Of a stretch of DNA of 64,000 nt, positions 48,769 through 60,635 are shown in pieces. Position numbers and translations under genes: made by a program. Position 1 is the stretch's first letter. Each line of letters begins with the position of its first letter. Source of the DNA: Podarcis muralis (taxonomy: Eukaryota); contig NC_135667.1 in NCBI RefSeq assembly GCF_964188315.1, positions 17,174,001-17,238,000 on the forward strand, read 5' to 3'. The notes beneath the pieces were generated by a model, which was not told the origin of the DNA, did no database searches, and worked only from the letters and a program-made list of their open reading frames with translations.

Positions 48769-49804
48769 CTTGCGCTGCTCCAGCGTCACCAGTGGTTTTC
48801 CCGTCTTGCAAGTTTGGAAAGTCAAATCAGACCCCCACCCTCGTCCACCCGCCCGCTTTTTAATAAAAATAAAGAGACGCACTTGCACCCTAGTTTGCGC
48901 CTGCACTTCGGAGTAGCTATACACAGGGTTGAGAGGTTCGGTTCGCCTCTTTATCGGTATGGTTTGGGGTACTTGGTTTTACAGGGGTGTACCAGGCATC
49001 ATAAGCATCACGAGAGGTTTCCCGTACTTCCCGCACGCCTGCTTTTTAATAACCAAAAATAAAAGGGACGCTGCAATCCCTGCGCGGACTTACACAGCTT
49101 AGTCGACGCTAGCAGCTCGCCGCACGTTAAGCCATCGGGCTTCAGGGGTACCAACTTTGCCCCGCGACCTTGGGTGCATGGCCCTAGCACCAAGATTGGT
49201 GGGTGCCCATTCATGGGGAATTGTGTGGGTGCTCGGGAACCCAGGGAGTTGCCACCTATCTCTAGCACCCTAACAAGGGGCGCCGACATGGGTTCCGGGA
49301 CTGGCCTTTGGACAGTGCCCGCACCCCGCCCGCTGTTAATAGGAACGCAGTCACTGACACTACCATAGACAGCGCTGGCACTTCTGACAACTACGCACAG
49401 CTTCGTGGCTGTGGTTACTTGAGTGTCAAAGGCAGTGGCTTGTTTGAGCGGGATTACTGCAGCGCCATCAACTAAGCATGCATTTTTTAAAAGTATTAGA
49501 ATTATCGATTCTTAAGACGCGGAGAACCTCTGTCTTGCTCCGACCAAATACCCATTTAAGCCAGCATCTTCTTTTAAGCGTGGCCAAGAGCTCTTTCTGC
49601 GAGGGGGACACGAGTGCAACAAAGCTTGGTGTACGAGTTCCAGGGGTGTAGACAATTTCCCGCTCAGTGTTTCCCACTCCTTTCAAAAAAGCGATTATGG
49701 AAGGGGGGGGCGGCGAGTGTCTGTGATAGATGTTGGGACCAACGTATGGAGTTGTGCTAAACATTAGCAACTTTACTTGGGTTCATAGAAACGGAAGCGA
49801 GTCC

Positions 49805-49845
49805 CAGCTCTTCTGGAGGAGAATGTGGTGGCTCTCAAAAGAACC
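49805..49845 (-). terminator. Histone 3' stem-loop and HDE (H3 copy 1)
   Basis: GGTTCT-TTTG-AGAGCC-ACCA then AGAAGAGCTG on the minus strand. Confidence 0.93.
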
Positions 49846-49904
49846 TTTGGGGTAATGAGGGGGTGCAAGGGGGTGCGGGTGGCTACGAGGTAGCAGGTGC
49901 TGCC

Positions 49905-50357
<453 letters not shown>

Positions 50358-51194
50358 CTAAGAATGAAATGAATGAGCAAGCAGATCCGAATCCCGGATA
50401 TTTATAGCAACCTCCTCTTGACCTGATTGGCTGAAACAGCCATGATACATATTTTTCAAGTTGCCGGGCTACACCATGATTGGACAAAAGCTGCTCCTCT
50501 TCCATTCGTCAGAGCTTTCTCGTCATTCATTCTCATTGGAGCCAATGATACTTGGTTTCCATGATCTCGTTTCTGTAGCGAAAAAGCATCAGAAGATTGA
50601 GCGGCGCTGAGCTTTCTGTAACTTGTAACACTTAGGGAACAGGTCGTGAGATCCACATTATGTATCTTTTTAAGCGAGGCTTCCTCGGACTGCTGTGGTG
50701 GTGAATATTAATTCTAGGCTTCTCCTAGTTAGGAAAGGACGATTAAGGAACATTCGAGCATTTTGGCACCCGTGTGTCTGGATAGAGGAGCGCGCCTCCG
50801 GGGGTGTCGGCGTCGGATGTCACACTGAAGTGAGCGCTGGGAAAAGAAAGCTGTTAATACTAGAACGGCATTTTAATAAATCATTTCCTCGACTCGGCTA
50901 GTATTTAAAGCGGGCGATTAAAGTGGCACCAACCGATTTCTTGCCTCGCCACTTCAGCCTCGGTATTACTCCTGGGGCTGATACCCACTTACCGGGTGGT
51001 ACGTAAAAAATTGCCCCTCTTAAAAACAAAATGCAGAAGAACAATTTTCCTGTATGAATTGCATATAATTTCGCCTGCTAAGCATCTTTTACTGAGGCTC
51101 CAAGCATACCCAAATAACGTGAAGTAAGAAAAAAATCTGATTGGTCAGATTCAAACCCTCGCGGCTTGATTGGTGAAGAAGCCGAGCTACTATG

Positions 51195-51285
51195 ACGAGC
51201 GCGCTGACGGAAGAGGGGCGTGGTGAAATCAGAACACGCCCCCTTTGTGCGGGTTTCACTCAGGTCGGGCTCAGTGCTATATATA
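51195..51285 (+). promoter_or_regulatory. Histone H4 promoter (H4 element and TATA)
   Basis: GGTTTCACTCAGGTCGG resembles the HINFP-bound H4 site; TATATA at ~51278; two ATTGG boxes further upstream (~51140-51172). Confidence 0.75.
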
Positions 51286-51334
51286 CCCGTGCCGTTGTTC
51301 CCGCAGCTTCATTCCTTTTTTCTTCGTCTGATAG

Positions 51335-51667
<333 letters not shown>

Positions 51668-51704
51668 GCTTTTCAAAACCCTTCATATACTTAAGAACCC
51701 AAAA

Positions 51705-51745
51705 GGCCCTTATAAGGGCCACCCACGCTTTCATAAAAAGAGCTG
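51705..51745 (+). terminator. Histone 3' stem-loop and HDE (H4)
   Basis: GGCCCT-TATA-AGGGCC-ACCCA then AAAAGAGCTG. Confidence 0.92.
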
Positions 51746-53417
51746 CGCTCGCTTGTATCTTAAAAAAGCAACGTTGTGATAAAATGAATGTGTTGCGATT
51801 GTTCGGTAGCAATGTAGCCTTGTCCTTCTAGAGTGAGGTTGCCAAAGGAAACATGATTACGGTTTAGGAACTTGGGCTGGTTTCCAGCTTTTGATATTTT
51901 CTTGTCCCATTTGCGCTACTTTTGTAGCAACCGACTGAGGTTTCCTCTTTAAAACTAAAGACGTAGCGAGAGCTTGGGAGCTTGCTATTTTCTGGGTTAA
52001 TTAAATAAAATCCCCACCCCCGGTTTCCCGCCTTGCTTTGTTTAATTTTAAGCCCCATGTAGAGCGTTAATAAAGGAGTAATGCTGGTCGCCATTTCCTT
52101 AAGGCTTTTTTGTGGCAGATCTCGCAGCTGTTTTCCCCCAGACCTACGCGTCTTCAAATAGGTTTTCCGTTTTCATCTAAAAAAAGCTCTGTATCCTGCC
52201 TCGTGTGTTTCTTAACATAACACCCCTTTTAACGCGTGATTTAATCGTCGGTCTAGCTATACTGCAAATTATCCATGAACAAAGAAACCAGAAATGGCAT
52301 AGAAAAAACGCGGGATTTCTAGTAGCTATCCAATTGCAAAGCAACGCGGGGGTTTTAGATTGGTTCCACCCAAACGCGTCACAAATCACGAGACTTCATT
52401 CTTATCTCCTTTTGCCCCGCCTTCCGTGCTGACTACGCCGGTGCAAAGCGTGGCTTTGTATGCTGAACGGAGCATATAAGAAAGTACGGTAATTGAGCTG
52501 GCCCCTTAACTCTGAAAAAATATATTTTAAAATGTTGGGGGGAAATGATGTACCGGTGGCTTGTTGGAGGACAGGTGAGCGGTTGCTGAGCAATACCTTT
52601 TCAGGAGCTCCAGTTATTGAAATCAGACAGACAAAGCTGTCTGAACTCTATCAAGAACCAGCAGTTAACACAGTTTCGTCATGCACACACATAGAACCTA
52701 TTAAAGTTAGAGAGCAAAAGTAAAGAGAAATACAAGTAAAGTGTATATTGATTTTAGCTGGTTACACCAGGTATATAAATATATTCCAGTTTGTGTAGTG
52801 CTAATTAGCGGTTTGGCTTGAGCAGCAATTAAAAGTATCAGAACCTTGCCTGTTTACTTTCACTGCAGATTCTTAGAGATAGGAGAAACAAAATGGACAA
52901 AGTACATATTAGGACACTTTTTTGGTGATGCTAAAAATTGTCATGATTCCAAAATACACCTTGTTATGTACTGAGTTGCATAGGATCCAAAATGCAGCAG
53001 TCTGATTGGTCCTAGAACAATGGATTCAGAATGCAGCAGTCTGATTAGTCCACAGGAGCCACCCAATCCAGCTCCAGGTGGAAGTGAATCCGCAACCTGA
53101 TTGGCCTACAGGAGACTCCCAGAATTAGCCAATCATGTGGGGCCCATTGTGTAAATAATGTATATAAAACAGACATTCTGGGGGCACTTCCATTCCTCCT
53201 CACCACTATGAGCTAAATAAAGAGCATGAAATCTACTCTTGACTCTGAGTATATTTCACTGGCAACAAGGATGGGATCCCGCCGAGCTGACCGCCACACA
53301 CAGCACTGCAGCACCACCACCTGCTGCACTGCTGCCTCGCACCTTGTATCCAGGCTGTCGCACCATTGCCTTGCACCGTGTATCCAGGCTTCAGCTTCAG
53401 GCCCCAAGGAACTCAGA

Positions 53418-54068
53418 ATGGCAACCGACAGCAGCTTCTCGCCATTCAGCCCTGCATCAGGAGACTGGGAAGCGTACGCCTCCCGTTTCACCTTCCTCCT
53501 AGAAGCCAAAGGGGTTACCAAGGAAGAAGATGCCAAGAAGAGGGCGATATTCTTCAGTGTCTGTGGAGAGGAGACATTTGAAATCGCCCGGGCTCTCCTT
53601 GCGCCTGAAGATGTCGCTACTGTTCCTTACAAAACAATAATGGAACGGCTGAAGGGGCACTTCTCACTGCAGCCCTCAGTAGTGGCTTGTCGAAATGCCT
53701 TCTATGCAAAGCGGCAAGCCCCTGGGGAAACCATAACTGAGTTTGTGACCTCCCTCCGCCAAGCTGCCCGGTTCTGCAACTTCTCAGAGTTGGAGAGCAT
53801 GCTTCGTGACCGCCTCGTCGGTGGCCTGAAGGATGAGAAGCTTCAACGACGCCTCTACGCTAAGAAGGACCTAACGTTCCAGGTCGCTCTGGAGGAGGCC
53901 CTGGCAACTGAAGCTGCCAAGAGGTCGATGCAAGAGGCACGGCTGAGCCTGCCGCCCCAACTGAGGGTCCACCACAAAAACCTCACCAACGACTCAGGAT
54001 CTGTCAGGGAGGAGGTGCACCAAGTACAGCGGTACACTCAAGCAGCACACAGACCACAGCTGCCTTAA
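53418..54068 (+). CDS. Gypsy Gag (capsid region), open frame of 216 aa
   Basis: FSPASGDWEAYASRF, RQAPGETITEFVTSLRQAARFCNF, LRDRLVGGL motifs typical of Mag-type Gag; truncated before the zinc knuckles. Confidence 0.8.
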   Translation: MATDSSFSPFSPASGDWEAYASRFTFLLEAKGVTKEEDAKKRAIFFSVCGEETFEIARALLAPEDVATVPYKTIMERLKGHFSLQPSVVACRNAFYAKRQAPGETITEFVTSLRQAARFCNFSELESMLRDRLVGGLKDEKLQRRLYAKKDLTFQVALEEALATEAAKRSMQEARLSLPPQLRVHHKNLTNDSGSVREEVHQVQRYTQAAHRPQLP

Positions 54069-54084
54069 TGAGAATGCACTGATT

Positions 54085-54690
54085 CACCGCCCTGGGAAGG
54101 CGATGGGCCACGCGAACGCCCTCAGCAGGCTACCACTACCAGAAACCGGCCCCAACCCAGTGCTCGCGCAAGAGGTTATTAGCCTGGAGTTGCTTCCCAA
54201 CCACCCCATTCAGGCACAAGAAGTTGCGCACCATTCCAAGAAAGATAAGATCATCTCCTGGGTCCAGGACTGGGTGTGGAGGGGATGGCCCAGCAGCAGC
54301 CCCAGGTCTGAATTCGTGGGCTACACAACCCATAAACATGAACTGTCAGCCCACAAGGGGTGCCTGTTATGGGAAGCAGGGTAGTTGTTTCCCATCCGCT
54401 CCGCAAAAGGGTCCTGACAGCCCTACATGAGACACACCCAGGGGTTGTGAGAATGAAGGTCCTCTCCCAGAGTTATGTGTGGTGGCCAGGGATTGACAGA
54501 GTGATAGAGGCCTGGGTCAAACACTGCCAGGCCTGCCAAGACTCCCGCCCACCCAGATCCCCCAAGGGCCCCAGTCCAGTCCTGGGAGTCCGCCTGAGCA
54601 CCATGGTCAAGCTGGCCCCTTTCAGAGGAAAACATTCTTCATAGTGGTGGACTCCTACACCAAATGGCTGGAAGTCGCACTGGGAGGGAC
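54085..54690 (+). pseudogene. Frameshifted RNase H tail and integrase HHCC/core remnant
   Basis: HRPGKAMGHANALSRLP, LHETHPGVVRMK..VWWPGID..CQAC, IVVDSYTKWLEV in shifting frames. Confidence 0.85.
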
Positions 54691-55627
54691 CAACAGGGGA
54701 GGCAGAATCAGTAAATACAGAAAGGACCCATGAGGCCGAAAGGACACTGGAACCAGAGCCACGACTGAGCGAGCCGGTTGTGGCAGACCAAACGGCCCCA
54801 TCACAGCCAGCATCCTTGGAACACAGCCAAAACCCAAACCCTTGACCAGGGAACACCCCAGGCCGCAACGCACACGTAGGTGGCTGGCATACCTTGAGGA
54901 CTATGAATGCAACCTCCCAGGCAGGACTGGAACTTAGAGGGGAAGGGTGTTATGTACTGAGTACTGAGTTGAATAGGATCCAAAAGGCAGCAGTCTGATT
55001 GGTCCTAGAACAATAGGATCCAGAATGCAGCAGTCTAATCGGTCCACAGGGACCACCCAATCCAGCTCCAGGTGGAACTGAATCCGCAACCTGATTGGCC
55101 TACAGGAGAATCCTAGAATTAGCCAATCACATGGGGCCCAGCCCATTGTGTAAATTATCTATATAAAGCAGACATTCTGGAGGAACTTACATTCCTCCTC
55201 ACCTCTATGAGGTGAATAAAGAGCATGAAATCCACTCTTGACTCTGAGTATATTTCACATCTAATGGATGTTGGTGGGGGCAAATGGAAGTTGATTAGAT
55301 GTGTTTGTTGTTATTAAATCAACAAGCTTTGTTCATGCACCCACAATAATGTCAGTGAGCATCAAGTGTGAAGCTCCTGCTGCATCCCACCAGTAAGAGC
55401 CCCCCCCCCCCCCGCTTCCTGAGGATAAAATGGGAGAGCAATCCATGCTTGCCACTTTCAGTTCCTGGTAGGAAAGGTGGGGTAGGCAAGGGAATAAAAA
55501 TAATAATCAGTGGTGACAGGGGCTGATGGAACACAACCATTTATTTCTGGTGGGGGTCGGGGGTAGGGAACGGGTTCCTCATCCCTGCCCTACACAGTTT
55601 ATATGCCTGTGCTAATCTTATTGAATA

Positions 55628-55888
55628 CCGTATTTTTTGCTCTATAAGGCTCACTTTTTGCCTCCTAAAAAGTAAGGGGAAATGTGTGTGTGCGTCTTAT
55701 GGAGCGAATGCAGGTTGCACAACTATCCCAGAAGCCAGAACAGTAAGAGGGATTGCTGGTTTCACTGCACAGCAATCCCTCTTACTGTTCTGGCTTCTGA
55801 GATTCAGAATATTTTTTTTCTTGTTTTCCTCCTCCAAAAAATAGGTGCGTCTTGTGGTCTGGTGCGTCTTATAGAGCGAAAAATACGG
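55628..55888. mobile_element. pogo/Tigger-like MITE, family E
   Basis: TA TSD, TIR CCGTATTTTT; near-identical to 38050-38308. Confidence 0.82.
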
Positions 55889-57452
55889 TACATGAGGAGG
55901 GCAGTTCACAAAATATAAAAGGGCAAGTCTGCCCCTCACACTGCAGCAATTGGAGAGCATGTCCCAGCTGTGGTTCCTAGCCCACCAGCCCCAGCTGATG
56001 AAGTGACTCAACTGCAGCGGCAAAATGTTGGCTTAAACAGCTAAGCACACAGCAGAGTTGTAAATGACTTGTGCCACTGAGATGGTGAGGGAGGAGTGTG
56101 CATTTGGTTAATGTATTACTCATGCTCTAAAGCAGTGAGCAGCACATTTTGCTGTCAGAGGACCGCACTCATTTGTGGGCAGCCCACTGGGGGGCCACAT
56201 GCAAGGGATGGGGTGGGGCAGGATTAAAAAGTGGGTGGAGCAATAGGTGTGGCTGACCTTCTAGGCTACCTTCTAGCCATGCAAATGTGAGAAGTTCCTA
56301 CACATGCACACACACTTACATGCCTCTCCCTCCATGCAAGCAAGTTGTATCCATTCCAAATTTGCAATCTATTCCATTTGCAAAAGCACAAGGGGGGGGG
56401 GGGACAGGCCTAGTGACCAATGTGGCCTGGGAGAGTCCCTAGGATTGGTTGGAAACCTGAAGGCTTGCATTTGACCCCATTCCAGAGTAGGGGGGATTAT
56501 TAACTACACATTTTAATGAAGAATTTCATGGATTTTAATACATTATGTATTGCCTTATCGAATAATAGAGTTGGAAGGAATGCATTAGTCCAACCCCCTG
56601 CAATGCAGGAATATGCAGCTGTCTCTTCTGGGGATAGAATCTGCAACCTTGACATTATCAGCACCACACGCTTAGCCTTGAGATGGTACTGCACCCCCCA
56701 CGTATGTTGGCTGTGCTGAAATACTAGGAACTTTAGACTCCTCTCCAAATTTTTCAATTCCTCCTCTTTACTACAAAATTTTGTTACTACAGTGCATGAT
56801 CTTGTTTCCCCCTCTTCCATCTCCATCTGTGGTGTTCCTTCTCTTAAAACATGGGCCACTTTTCTCTGCTGAAAGGTGAGATAAAAATCCTTTTTTGGTG
56901 GGGGGGGGGATATACTCTTGTCAGTTTGATATGAATTACTTCGACGATATAATAGGAATTAAATGTGACACTGACAACTCCTATAATTAGGGAGCAATCC
57001 TAGCTCCACTTAACAAGGGAGTAATTTCCATGGAGCTATTTCGGGGTCCCCACCCCCCCTTCTGAGTGTGCTTAGGTTATGCAGCTCTAATAAAACGAAT
57101 GTTAAGGTTATGCATGTTGAATAACGAGGGAGAATCCGCACCGGAGGGAATTCCTCCTTGTGCTATGATTCTTCAAGCACAACACAGGAGCCGCGCGCGT
57201 TCTTTCCGCGTGTGAATCTGTGAATCGTTCCGGGATGTGACTGGGCATGGCATGTTTACTGCTAGAAAGCAAGAGGCGGCCCGGAGGGTCCTCACTCCGG
57301 AGAACAAAGACTGGGCGTGCGAGAAGGAGGATCGACCAATCAGAAAGCTTTGCCATCACTGGTCCAACCAGGGCAGAGCCCGCGATATTCAAACTTTTTC
57401 AACGGCTGCGTTGCGGACCTCAGCCAATAGGACCACGAGGATTCGGCTATAA

Positions 57453-57944
<492 letters not shown>

Positions 57945-57992
57945 AAAACCACAGTATTACAATTCATTTCGGCAAACTCGTAACAACCCAAA

Positions 57993-58033
57993 GGCTCTTT
58001 TAAGAGCCACCCACTCCTTCACTTAAAGAGCTG
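57993..58033 (+). terminator. Histone 3' stem-loop and HDE (H3 copy 2)
   Basis: GGCTCT-TTTA-AGAGCC-ACCCA then AAAGAGCTG. Confidence 0.95.
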
Positions 58034-59269
58034 GTTGCTGCTGCAGCGATCTGTCTGTTTATACTGTCCAAAATACGTAACTGGCTATCCCTGGTATGGC
58101 TTCTACTGCATTTGTATCTTTAAATAGGCTTACCTAAAAACAGCTTTTTTTAGAAGTTTCAGTAATGCGCTACGATTTCAAGCTCTGGTGTGCCGTAACC
58201 ACTATACGTAAACATTTGAGGAAGGACATGAAAAGTGAAAAGATTGGGGGGGGGGAATGGGCACTGGTGGGTGGGTGCATGCCGGATAGGGTTTAGCAAA
58301 GGAGACCTCGCTACCCTATTATCGTGAGTTTATACGGAGTCAAGCACTGATTATTGACAAGGGTGGCAACAGCTCCTTCAGGCTGGAGATATGGGGGATT
58401 TAAGGATCTGGGAAAATGATGACTAGTGATGACTGGCGCAAAGGCGTACTGGAATTTCAGCGTTCATTCTTGTGGGCGGAGTGGAGTAAGGGATATACCT
58501 AGCGGGAAATTGTGTGTCTACACCCTGGAACTCGTATACCAAACTTTGTTGCACTCGAGACCCCCTCGCGAAACTGTTGCCCACTCTTAAGTCTGAACCA
58601 GCGAAGACTTATTAAAATGCCCACAATTCACTCTTAGCTGACAACACAGGAGTAGGCACACGAGTAATTACGCTCAAGCAAACTACAGTACACTACTGCC
58701 CTGTAAAACCAAGTACCCGAAACCACTGCTAAGGAGGCGAACCACTCAACCCTGTGCGTAGCTGCACCGAAGTGCTAGCGCAAACTAGGGTGCAAGTGCG
58801 CACAGGGATTTCAGCGTCCCTTGATTTGTTATGAAGAAGTGGGCGAGAGGGGTGTGTGAGTTTCAAAGTACGGGGAGAACCTCTGGTGCGTAAGTCAGCT
58901 CTTTCCGGGTGAGAAAGTGGGTGTGTAAACTGTGTAAGTGCGCGCAGGGATTTCAGCGTCACTTTTATTTTTGGTTATTAAAAGGCAGGCGTGCGGGCGA
59001 GGTGTGACTTTCCAAACTCCCAAGTACGGGAAACCTCTCGTGATGCTTGTGATGCCTGGAACAGCCCTGTAAAACCAAGTACCCCAAACCATACCGATGA
59101 AGAGGCGAACCGAACCTCTCAACCCTGTGTATAGCTACTCCGAAGTGCCGGCGCAAACTAGGGTGCAAGTGCGTCTCTTTATTTTTATTAAAAAGCGGGC
59201 GGGTGGGGGTCGGATTTGACTTTCCAAATTTGCAAGGGAAAACCACTGGTGACGCTGGAGCAGCGCAAG

Positions 59270-59313
59270 TCAGCTCTTTCCGGGTGAGAAAGTGGGTGGC
59301 TCTTAAAAGAGCC
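59270..59313 (-). terminator. Histone 3' stem-loop and HDE (H1 copy 2)
   Basis: Reverse complement of 48725-48768. Confidence 0.95.
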
Positions 59314-59363
59314 TTTGGGATGGCGAGGGCTGCTGGCGGGCGGGCGGGCGTGGCGTGGCCTCT

Positions 59364-60059
59364 TCACTTCTTCTTGGGCGCCGCCTTCTTAGGCTTGGCC
59401 ACTCTGGCCTTGGGCGTCTTGGGCTTGGCTTTGGCCTTAGCCTTGACGGCCTTGGCCTTAGCGGGGCTCTTGGGCGCCGCCTTCTTGGGCTTGGCAGCCT
59501 TGGCCTTCTTGGGGCTCTTGGCCGCCGCTTTCTTGGCGCCCGCCGCCGGCTTCTTGGCCGCGGCCGCCTTCTTGGGGCTCTTCTTGGCGGCCGGCTTCTT
59601 GGGCTTCTTGGCCGAGCCGGAGGCGGGCTTCTTGGGCGCCGCCTTCTTGGTGCGCCCGGCGGCCGGCTTCTTCTTGGCCCCGGCCGCCGCCGCCGCCGCC
59701 TTGTCCCTGGCCGTGTCGTGCAGCTGCTTCTTGTTGAGCTTGAAGGAGCCCGAGGCGCCCGTGCCTTTGGTCTGCACCAAGGTGCCTTTGCTGACGAGGC
59801 TCTTGAGGCCCAGCTTGATGCGGCTGTTGTTCTTGTCCACGTCGTAGCCGGCGGCCGCCAGCGCCTTCTTGAGCGCCGCCAGGGACACCCCGTTGCGCTC
59901 CTTGGACGCGGCCACCGCCTTGGTCAGCAGCTCCGTCACGCTGGGACCCGACGCCTTGCGCGGCGCCTTGGCGGCTCCCGCCGGCTTCTTGGCTTTCTTG
60001 GCCGGAGCCTTGGCGGCCGGCGCCGCGGCCACGGGCGCTTCGGGAGCAGTCTCCGACAT
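59364..60059 (-). CDS. H1: Linker histone H1 (231 aa, second copy)
   Basis: Near-identical to copy 1; two extra Ala and one T>A change. Confidence 0.98.
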   Translation of the reverse strand: MSETAPEAPVAAAPAAKAPAKKAKKPAGAAKAPRKASGPSVTELLTKAVAASKERNGVSLAALKKALAAAGYDVDKNNSRIKLGLKSLVSKGTLVQTKGTGASGSFKLNKKQLHDTARDKAAAAAAGAKKKPAAGRTKKAAPKKPASGSAKKPKKPAAKKSPKKAAAAKKPAAGAKKAAAKSPKKAKAAKPKKAAPKSPAKAKAVKAKAKAKPKTPKARVAKPKKAAPKKK

Positions 60060-60179
60060 GGTCGCCTCTGCTCGCGACGGCTTTCCGCTGGGGCTGATGC
60101 TGAAGGAGGAGGAGGCGGCGGGCTAGAACCTCTCGGAACCGAAAAGTAAAGTCTGAAGTGCGGCCCCGGAGCTGCCTGC

Positions 60180-60635
60180 TATTTATAGGGGCGGAGCTGC
60201 GCGCTGATTGGTGCGCTCGCAGACCCCGCGCTCTCCTCCGCAGGAAGACATGGCTCCTGTCCCCGCTGCAACTTTGTGTTTCTTGAGTGCCCCAAAACGG
60301 CCCAAATCGCCGCCTCGCCGCCTCGCAGCGCGCCGGGCCCCGGGCGAAAGGGACCCGCGGGAGCCTCTCTCTCCGAGCCCGGCCGCCTCGCGGGCCGGGG
60401 AGGCGGCGCGCCGGGGGAAACCGGGCAGAAGCGCGGCCGAGTCCCGCTCGGCGCGCCTGGCCCCGGGAAATCTGGGCCTTTTTCGGCTAAATTAAAAACT
60501 TCTCGCGGCGATCGGGGGCCCGAGAAACGCGCCGGGCCAATCTCGGGGGGGTCTGCGCCCCGCTGGTGGGGGACCCGGCGTCTCCGGAGCGGCCGCTGTT
60601 GCGCAAAAGCGCTTCGAGTTGGGCCAAGTAACACA
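60180..60635 (-). promoter_or_regulatory. Histone H1 promoter, copy 2
   Basis: Inverted copy of 47414-47868 (TG box 60629-60635, H1 box 60275-60281, CCAAT, TATA). Confidence 0.88.

Larger units (their letters stand above)
52962..55257 (+). mobile_element. Internally deleted Ty3/Gypsy (Mag-clade-like) LTR retrotransposon
   Basis: LTRs 52962-53258 and 54948-55257 (TG..CA); PBS TGGCAACAAGGATGGGAT (tRNA-Ser-GCU-like, 2 mismatches); PPT AGAGGGGAAGGG; 5-bp TSD CACCT/CATCT; gag plus integrase remnants, no PR/RT. Confidence 0.93.
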
